UHGV virus genome: UHGV-1366640
Strand: one strand, 5' to 3'
DNA length: 64,000 bases
From: a virus
This document shows, piece after piece, positions 57,351 to 64,000 of this stretch. Under the pieces are notes generated by a model. It was not told where the DNA came from. It did no database searches and was given only the letters and a program-made list of their open reading frames with translations. Within the stretch, counting starts at the first letter, position 1. Each line of letters begins with the position of its first letter. A program made the position numbers and the translations under genes.

Positions 57351-57352
57351 GC

Positions 57353-57631
57353 ATGTTGTATCTTGTAAAGTCAAATCGACAGACTTACTTGGCTGTTCAA
57401 ATCGTTGATTCTCACGGAGTTCTCCAAGATCAATATCTTGCACCAGCTGAGAAAGTCAAATCATATTCATATACAGAATCAATGAGAAAACTGAGAGATA
57501 TTCGTGCAATATCTGTTCAGGTAATCAATGATTCTCAAAAGGATGAAAAGTCAGAATCTGCAACAGTTGAAACTGGTGTTGTTTCTGATGAGATTTCTGT
57601 AACAAAGAAATCCAATAAAAGATCAAAATAA
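57353..57631 (+). CDS. Hypothetical small protein.
   Basis: ORF. Confidence 0.3.
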   Translation: MLYLVKSNRQTYLAVQIVDSHGVLQDQYLAPAEKVKSYSYTESMRKLRDIRAISVQVINDSQKDEKSESATVETGVVSDEISVTKKSNKRSK

Positions 57632-57653
57632 TTAATAGGAGGTTGATATTGAT

Positions 57654-59150
57654 ATGGCAAGTCCTTATGCTCGTCTTAATGAAGTGGATCAAAGCCAATA
57701 TACTCCACTTGCGAATGCTGTAACGAATCCGATTGGTATTGTTGGTGCTGCTCAGTTCGGTCCAGTCAATGTAGCAACACCTCTTACAAGCGTTCGTCAA
57801 TTTGAAGCAATATTTGGTACACCGATTGATATTGCTGGTCTTACTGCTGTTAGGGTTCTCCGAGCTGGTGGAAGTGTTCTTTATGGTAGATTTTTCACTG
57901 GTACAGAAGCAGATTCAAAGTTGACAGCAAATCTCTATACCGCAACAGAGAATACACTTGACCTTGAAGCGAATTATGCTGGTACAATTGTATCAGGTGC
58001 TGCTTCTGCTAAGATCAATATTAAGAATGTTGTTCAGGGTCTTAAGACATTCGTTCTCACTGTTGATATTTACAATGCTGCAGGAGATCTCATCAGTGCA
58101 ATAGTTCCTGCTGTGACTCTTTCGTGGGATCCCAATTCGTCAAATTATTTTGAAAAGTGGAATAATACTTATTTCAAAATGACTATGACTGGGACAGTTG
58201 ATTTTACACAGTTTACTGGTGCAACTGATAAGGATTTCACAAATTGGAGTTCTGTAACAAATGGTGTGGATTCGACTCTTAAGAACAATGCTGCTTCTGT
58301 GATCAATACATTGAACGCTTGCTTTGCTGACCCTGAAGCAAACTCGCTTTTCTATTTGTCTGCTCCTCTGTACTCCACAATTACAGAATCTGCAACAAAT
58401 GTACAGAAGACAATGATTGATATTGGAGAAACAAGAAAAGATTGTGTGGTTCAGCTTGATCATACTCCAGGTCTTACTGCTCAGGGTATTGTTGATGCAT
58501 TCCCGATTGCTACGATCAATTCAAGCAGAGTTGCTGTTTGGGGTTCTCCTCAAGGCTATGTGATAGATACATATAGTAACAATGCCAAAGTTTCTGCTCC
58601 TGCATCAGCTTATATTCTTCCTGCACTTGCAGCTGAATATTCGAATTCTCCTGTATGGACTGCTCCTGCTGGCGCTTCAAGGTTCCTGCTCACTTATCTT
58701 GATAGTCTTGATTCTCAGTGGACAGTTGCTGACCGTGATCTCTTATATGACAATGGTATCAATCCTGTTTGTAACTATAAGGGTCTCGGATATACATCTC
58801 TTGGTCAGAAGACAATGCAGTATGGAACATCTGCGCTTGATCGTTTGAATGTTCGTCAGCTTGTAAACTATATCAAGCAGAATATTGAACAGATTTCTGT
58901 CGGATATATGTTTGCTCCGATTGATGATGTGACATTTTCTAATTGGAGTTACGATGTTGCAAATTTCTTAACTCAAATAAAGACACAGCGTGGTCTTTAT
59001 GAATACACAGTTAAGATGGACTGGGAAACTGTTACTCCTCAAGATGTTGAGAATAATCGTCTTCCTGGAATTGTTCAAATTAAGCCAACGAAGGTTGCTG
59101 AATATATAGATATCGATCTTGTAATCAAGAACTATAGTGATACACTTTAA
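57654..59150 (+). CDS. Putative tail sheath / major tail protein.
   Basis: A 498-aa protein immediately upstream of a tube-like gene, a chaperone pair and the tape measure. The call is by position and size only. Confidence 0.35.
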   Translation: MASPYARLNEVDQSQYTPLANAVTNPIGIVGAAQFGPVNVATPLTSVRQFEAIFGTPIDIAGLTAVRVLRAGGSVLYGRFFTGTEADSKLTANLYTATENTLDLEANYAGTIVSGAASAKINIKNVVQGLKTFVLTVDIYNAAGDLISAIVPAVTLSWDPNSSNYFEKWNNTYFKMTMTGTVDFTQFTGATDKDFTNWSSVTNGVDSTLKNNAASVINTLNACFADPEANSLFYLSAPLYSTITESATNVQKTMIDIGETRKDCVVQLDHTPGLTAQGIVDAFPIATINSSRVAVWGSPQGYVIDTYSNNAKVSAPASAYILPALAAEYSNSPVWTAPAGASRFLLTYLDSLDSQWTVADRDLLYDNGINPVCNYKGLGYTSLGQKTMQYGTSALDRLNVRQLVNYIKQNIEQISVGYMFAPIDDVTFSNWSYDVANFLTQIKTQRGLYEYTVKMDWETVTPQDVENNRLPGIVQIKPTKVAEYIDIDLVIKNYSDTL

Positions 59151-59174
59151 TCTTTGAAAGGAGGAAGATAATTT

Positions 59175-59945
59175 ATGGCAATCAAAAGAACTTATGCTCT
59201 TAATCCTATTATTGAGGGTGTTCATAAGAGTACTCTGTATCAGCCACAAATGGCAAACCATTTTGAATTGAATCTTAAATTGAATGATTACATTGTTGGC
59301 AATGAAGGTATACCAGATTCTAATGGAAAAGCATTGACACGGAAGTATATCAATCTGGCAACTACAAGTTTCAGTCTTCCGACGATCTCTACAGAAACTC
59401 TCGATATTCCATATGGTAATACAACGATCCATATTGCTGGTAGAACTCAGTTTGGTGGTGCTGATTCAATAACCTGTATTGACTATATTGGTGCGGATAT
59501 TGAAGGCATCCTTTATAACTGGCAGATGATGGTTACGAATCCAGAGACAGGTCAACAGGGTTGGGCTTATAACTACAAGACTGATGGTACTGTTATTGAA
59601 TATGCTCCAGATGGTTCTTGCTTATCTTCTTGGGTTCTCCGCGGATTGTTCCCGACATCAATTGCATATGGTGATTCTCTGTCGAAGGGTGACAGCTCTC
59701 TTAAGCAAATCACTGTTTCATTGAGCTATGACCTCGCATATAAGAAGTTTGATTCAGAAACTGGCAGAGGACAGGATGCTGCACAGAAAGCAGCTGATGT
59801 TTCTGGTAAGAATATGAAATGGAAAGAACAATATAAATATGCAAAATACTCTCCGACAAAAACAGGTACTGCAGACTATAAGTCCAATTCTGGTCCTCTC
59901 AGTCTTAATGGCGCTGACTTCTCACTCGATGATGAAAGTCTGTAA
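59175..59945 (+). CDS. Putative tail tube protein.
   Basis: Position between the sheath-like and chaperone-like genes. Confidence 0.3.
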   Translation: MAIKRTYALNPIIEGVHKSTLYQPQMANHFELNLKLNDYIVGNEGIPDSNGKALTRKYINLATTSFSLPTISTETLDIPYGNTTIHIAGRTQFGGADSITCIDYIGADIEGILYNWQMMVTNPETGQQGWAYNYKTDGTVIEYAPDGSCLSSWVLRGLFPTSIAYGDSLSKGDSSLKQITVSLSYDLAYKKFDSETGRGQDAAQKAADVSGKNMKWKEQYKYAKYSPTKTGTADYKSNSGPLSLNGADFSLDDESL

Positions 59946-60061
59946 TTAATCACAATAAAATTTGATGGGAGAGGGTCACTCCTCTCCTGTCTTAATATTG
60001 AACATATTTCAAAGACACATGAAAACAAATAAATCTATAAAGATAAAAGGAGAAATGAATT

Positions 60062-60787
60062 ATGAGATTATCTGAAAAAGTAAAACTTCCCTCGAATGGT
60101 GTTCTTTATGGAAAGAATATTCCTACAGAAGTGACAGTTAAAGAAATGTTGGCAGATGAAGAAGCTTGCCTTTATGGTAGCAGCAGCGATAAGGCAATAA
60201 CCGAAATTCTTAATTCTGTTATTGAAGAAGATTTTGATGTTGATCAGCTCATTATCCCTGATAAACATTTTCTTCTTGTTAGAGCAAGAATGTTGACATA
60301 TGGTACAAATTATCCTCTTGAGATCAATTGTAGTCGTTGTGGAAATTTCCAGTATGACTTTGATCTCAATGATCTTACTGTTAATGAGCTTGATCCCGCT
60401 TTTGAAGCAGAAAGAGAGATTGAACTTCCAAGATCTAAGAGAAAGATCACTCTCAGAATTCCTACAGGTGCAGATCTTAATAATATCGAAAAAGAGATCA
60501 AGAGAAAAGTAATGAAGTTCAATCTTAATGAAGATAAGGTTCGTTATGTTGCTGGTCTCGTTTCAAGCATCTCTAAGATTGACGGAGAAGATGTATTTTT
60601 TGATGAAGCATACCAGATTGTTTCGGATCTTTCTGGTTATGATATTTCTTATCTTAAGAGAGAAATCAATAAAGTTGATGTTGGTTATGATACAATGATT
60701 ACAGTAGAATGCCCGAAATGCGGACAGGAAATCACACTGAGGTTGCCTATGACAGCAGATTTCTTTCGTGCCGAGTTCAAAGACTGA
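60062..60787 (+). CDS. Putative tail assembly chaperone, upstream frame.
   Basis: Position immediately before the tape measure. It overlaps the next ORF, which is in the +1 frame. Confidence 0.3.
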   Translation: MRLSEKVKLPSNGVLYGKNIPTEVTVKEMLADEEACLYGSSSDKAITEILNSVIEEDFDVDQLIIPDKHFLLVRARMLTYGTNYPLEINCSRCGNFQYDFDLNDLTVNELDPAFEAEREIELPRSKRKITLRIPTGADLNNIEKEIKRKVMKFNLNEDKVRYVAGLVSSISKIDGEDVFFDEAYQIVSDLSGYDISYLKREINKVDVGYDTMITVECPKCGQEITLRLPMTADFFRAEFKD

Positions 60788-61067
60788 GCAGGGTATTGAA
60801 TATAGATCAGCCAGATTACGACAGATTAAGATGAAACAATTTGACCTTGTATACTATGGTCATTTCTCTTGGTCTGATACAATACGAATGTCATCTTCTG
60901 AGCTAAACTGGAATCATACTCGACTCTTGGAAGTTAAGAATGAGGAAAGGGAAGCTCAGGAGAAAGCATTCAATGAAGCTCAGTCACAGAGAGAAGCAGC
61001 TTCTGTTCAAAACAAAATTAAGAATCAGTTGAATTCACATCGAAGTCACTCTCGACGAAGGAGGTAG
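60768..61067 (+). CDS. Putative tail assembly chaperone C-terminal extension, or a separate small gene.
   Basis: The +1 frame is open from 60753 and overlaps the upstream stop. Confidence 0.25.
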   Translation: MPSSKTEQGIEYRSARLRQIKMKQFDLVYYGHFSWSDTIRMSSSELNWNHTRLLEVKNEEREAQEKAFNEAQSQREAASVQNKIKNQLNSHRSHSRRRR

Positions 61068-61074
61068 ATAGAAG

Positions 61075-64000
61075 TTGGCAGTCCTTGATCAACTTGAAAT
61101 GTTAAACGATCAATATGCAAAAGCATATAGTCAACTTAAGAGCTCCGCAAGAGAAAATTCTATGGCTCGTGGAAAGAATGTGTTGGGATCTTCTGAAGCA
61201 TTACCGATGTACACTTCTGATGTGAATCTATCTTCCCTTCCAAAGTCTATTTCAAATATCTATGCATTCATGAGAACAGAGACCAAATCCTTCTATACAG
61301 CAATGGCTGCTAAGATAGATGTGACAAATGGTCTCTTGACCATGATTGGTAAGGCTCAATCCGAATTCTGGGGAGATGGTCATGGTGACAATTTCCGTGA
61401 TTATCTTGATGAATCAAATCAAATTCTTGCAGATATCATTAATAAGGATAATACAGAATATTACAATACCATGAAGGATCTCGTTGATTCTGGTGTTTCT
61501 GACATGAGAGATGCAATCCAAGATCTCACAAAGAGCACACAGAAAATCAGGGATCAGGTCAAAGAGAATGCTAAAGAAGTAAAAGAAAAGAAAGATAAAG
61601 ATAATGCTAAAGACTCTACTTCTTGGTTGAAGAGCCTTCTTAGGGGGATTGGGAAGGGAGCTCTTGCTGCAGGTGGAGCTGCTGTTGATCTTGGAGTCAA
61701 ATATGGTGTCTCAGGAAAATACACATCACAGATTCTTCCAAAGTCGACACAGAAGTCAATTGAATCTGCTGTCAACAAACTCAATAATTTTGCTTCCAGT
61801 GGAATTGAATGGTTGAATTCAAATACAATCAAATCATCTGCTCTTTCAAAATTCAATACAGGAATGAATGAAGCTCTTAAAGTTGTAACAAAATATGGTA
61901 CAACTCAGCTTGATCGAATGGACGATCTTTATGAGAAGCAAGATGATATGGTTGATAACCTGATGAAGAACTATGGATTATCGGTCAGTCAAGCTCGTGC
62001 AGAAGCAGCTCGTGTGATGACTCGTCAGGGTGTCGCTCCTTATCGTAAGTACACGAAAGAGGAGCAATGGGAGAGAACATTCGGTGCAAGAGAATCTGCA
62101 ATTAATATCGGATTTTCCACTCCTCAGCAGATCAGTGTTGCAGCAGCTCAGATTAGAGAGATGGATGAAATCATGCCAAATCTCAATTTCCAGTCAAGTG
62201 AATTGTATCAAACATTAATTCGTGGTTATGAAGAGACAGGTCAAATGTCTCAACAGTTCTTTGATGATATACGATCTGCTACGAAGAATCTTATGGTTGA
62301 TCCGACAAGTCTTGTTTCCGTTGGAAATCAATTTACAAAATATTATAAGATCGTATCAAAAGGATCTTCTGATTTCTACAAAAACATGAGTAATGTAATG
62401 CGTGTTACTGCAAAATTGGAAGATCAATTTGTTGATTCTTCAAAAGCATTCGATGAGATGCTTGGTCTTGGTTTCAGCACAATTGATGAATTATCTGATG
62501 AGACAATTCAAAAGAACATGATTTTGTCACAGTATATGGATCCAAGCATTGGTGGTTTCGTTGGTTTGCAGAAATTGGCAAGAACTGATACAGCTGCTGC
62601 AGTTGAAGCTCAGCAGAAGGCACTTGGATCATATCTTCGTGATATGGGAATCAATAAAGCAGAAGACATCACAACAAAAGATCTCTATCTTCTTAAGAAT
62701 ATTGGTGTTACTGGTTTTGATCAAATCTCTGAAGCTCTTAATGCTGGATTTGCCGATCTTAATGAAAGTGAGCAGAAGCTTCAACGGAATCAAGGTGTTG
62801 ATGATTACACTGCAATTGAATCTGGGAAACAGCAACTCTATTATTTGAAAGCAAATAATGAGATGTTTGGCGGATTCAAACAGGAATGGGAAAAGTGGCA
62901 AGAGAGTATTGACTTTGAATTGCTTAATAATCAAAACTTGCGAAACTTTTATGATAATATTCAAAATGCCACATATGGCACGAAAGGTCTTTCATGGATT
63001 TCGAATAGTATTGAAGCAGGTCTTGTTGGTGGTGCTCTTTTTACAAAAGTGTCAGACATTTATGATCTCCTTGCTAAGAAATTTAAACTTCCTTCAATTT
63101 TCGCAAAAGGTGGAAAAGGAGCTGCTGGTGCTGGAGCAGGTGAAGTTGCTAAGAAAGGTCTTGGTACAGTTGGTAGAATCGGTTATGGACTTGCTGGTAC
63201 TGCTGCAATTGCATATGGTGGATATGAAGGATATCAAGCTTATAAGACCTTGAAAGATCCAACAGCTTCATCAGCTGCTGTTGGTGCTGAAAAGGGTCGA
63301 ATGGCTGGTGCTGGTCTTGCAGTGGCTGGTGGTGCTACTTCCCTCATTGGTGGTGCTTTCATGGGATCTGCTATAGCTGGTCCAATCGGTTTAGCAATTG
63401 CTGGCGTTGGTGCTGGTGCTATTTTGTTCAGTAAACATCTGAAGGAAATCAATGATTCTTCTGAGAAACTTGGAGAAGAACTTACAACATATAGTCAAAA
63501 ATTCTCAGATCAATATGATGTTCAAATTGATACTTACAAGAATACAGCAGATTATTTGAGTAATGTTGGGGGAGTTTCCAGTACTGTTGCAGATCAGTTG
63601 AAACTCTATGACGAACAACTTCAGAATGGAACAATAAGTTCTGGAGATTTTGATACTAAAATCAGAGAACTTGCCAATAGTGATGAGACTGGTACTCTTC
63701 AAGCGTTGATTACTGCAACAAATAATGGTTCTGGAGATCTTAAAGAAGCAATTGGAAAACTTGTTTCAGAAGATGGACAGACTGGTGCTCTGATAGATTA
63801 TTATACAGAACTCGGCAAATTGACAGAAGCAACGAAAGCACAAACAGAAGCTGTCGATAAGAATATTACTGCTGTATTGAAAGATGATCGTAATCGAGAA
63901 CTTAAATTAGCAACAGAGGGTCTCTATGAGGGGATAATCAAGTCAGATGCTTTTAAGAAAAAGAAATGGGGTAGCATTGCAGCAGATCTTATATCAGCTG
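61075..64000 (+). CDS. Tape-measure protein, partial; it continues past the window end.
   Basis: I translated this frame by hand and found it open, with no stop, from TTG 61075 (11 nt after AGGAGG) to position 64000, more than 970 codons. It is alpha-helical and Gln/Glu/Lys-rich, with a Gly/Ala-rich hydrophobic block (GGKGAAGAGAGEVAKKGLGTVGRIGYGLAGTAAIAYGG...) typical of tape-measure proteins. It is absent from the ORF track because it is incomplete. Confidence 0.55.
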   Translation, partial: MAVLDQLEMLNDQYAKAYSQLKSSARENSMARGKNVLGSSEALPMYTSDVNLSSLPKSISNIYAFMRTETKSFYTAMAAKIDVTNGLLTMIGKAQSEFWGDGHGDNFRDYLDESNQILADIINKDNTEYYNTMKDLVDSGVSDMRDAIQDLTKSTQKIRDQVKENAKEVKEKKDKDNAKDSTSWLKSLLRGIGKGALAAGGAAVDLGVKYGVSGKYTSQILPKSTQKSIESAVNKLNNFASSGIEWLNSNTIKSSALSKFNTGMNEALKVVTKYGTTQLDRMDDLYEKQDDMVDNLMKNYGLSVSQARAEAARVMTRQGVAPYRKYTKEEQWERTFGARESAINIGFSTPQQISVAAAQIREMDEIMPNLNFQSSELYQTLIRGYEETGQMSQQFFDDIRSATKNLMVDPTSLVSVGNQFTKYYKIVSKGSSDFYKNMSNVMRVTAKLEDQFVDSSKAFDEMLGLGFSTIDELSDETIQKNMILSQYMDPSIGGFVGLQKLARTDTAAAVEAQQKALGSYLRDMGINKAEDITTKDLYLLKNIGVTGFDQISEALNAGFADLNESEQKLQRNQGVDDYTAIESGKQQLYYLKANNEMFGGFKQEWEKWQESIDFELLNNQNLRNFYDNIQNATYGTKGLSWISNSIEAGLVGGALFTKVSDIYDLLAKKFKLPSIFAKGGKGAAGAGAGEVAKKGLGTVGRIGYGLAGTAAIAYGGYEGYQAYKTLKDPTASSAAVGAEKGRMAGAGLAVAGGATSLIGGAFMGSAIAGPIGLAIAGVGAGAILFSKHLKEINDSSEKLGEELTTYSQKFSDQYDVQIDTYKNTADYLSNVGGVSSTVADQLKLYDEQLQNGTISSGDFDTKIRELANSDETGTLQALITATNNGSGDLKEAIGKLVSEDGQTGALIDYYTELGKLTEATKAQTEAVDKNITAVLKDDRNRELKLATEGLYEGIIKSDAFKKKKWGSIAADLISA

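Overview
This 64-kb window reads as one contiguous segment of a large, AT-rich, tailed dsDNA phage genome (myovirus-like, from a low-GC Gram-positive host, judging by the strong AGGAGG-type RBSs). It is not a bacterial chromosome. Every credible gene is on the + strand and tightly packed. The modules, left to right, are: (1) replication and nucleotide metabolism (1-19 kb): a family-A DNA polymerase with N-terminal UDG-like and 3'-5' exonuclease domains, a HAD hydrolase, a thymidylate-synthase-family enzyme that looks like a dCMP hydroxymethylase, a dCMP-deaminase fusion protein, a UDP-galactopyranose mutase with two flanking large unknown or glycosyltransferase-like proteins, an APH/choline-kinase-fold kinase, SbcD/SbcC and an NAD-dependent DNA ligase. 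(2) Small unknown genes, an HD hydrolase and an SSB-like protein (19-22.7 kb). (3) A terminase large subunit encoded as two separate ORFs, each carrying half of a naturally split intein, with a promoter, tRNA-Pro, tRNA-Gln and a small ORF between the halves (22.7-25.7 kb). (4) A SleB-like hydrolase, a phage sigma-70-family factor and a dUTPase (26.8-29.2 kb). (5) A 750-bp repeat-rich, ORF-free region that looks like an origin or regulatory site (29.2-29.9 kb). (6) Small unknown genes including tandem paralogs (30-34.5 kb). (7) Tail fibre-like large proteins, a phosphodiester-glycosidase-family hydrolase and a holin candidate (34.5-42.7 kb). (8) The head module: portal, putative protease/scaffold, and a major capsid protein gene that appears to be interrupted by a group I intron carrying a homing-endonuclease ORF (42.8-49.5 kb). 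(9) Virion, tail-sheath, tail-tube and chaperone genes and a tape-measure gene that runs off the window end (49.6-64 kb). Two repeat families are superimposed on this: 12 copies of a bipartite promoter (xAGAGTT, a 16-nt spacer, then CGTTTATA) and 5 copies of a hairpin terminator element. The most notable items are the candidate DNA-hypermodification island centred on UDP-galactopyranose mutase, the split-intein terminase with embedded tRNAs, and the intron-split capsid gene. All functional calls are from motifs read by eye; no database searches were run.
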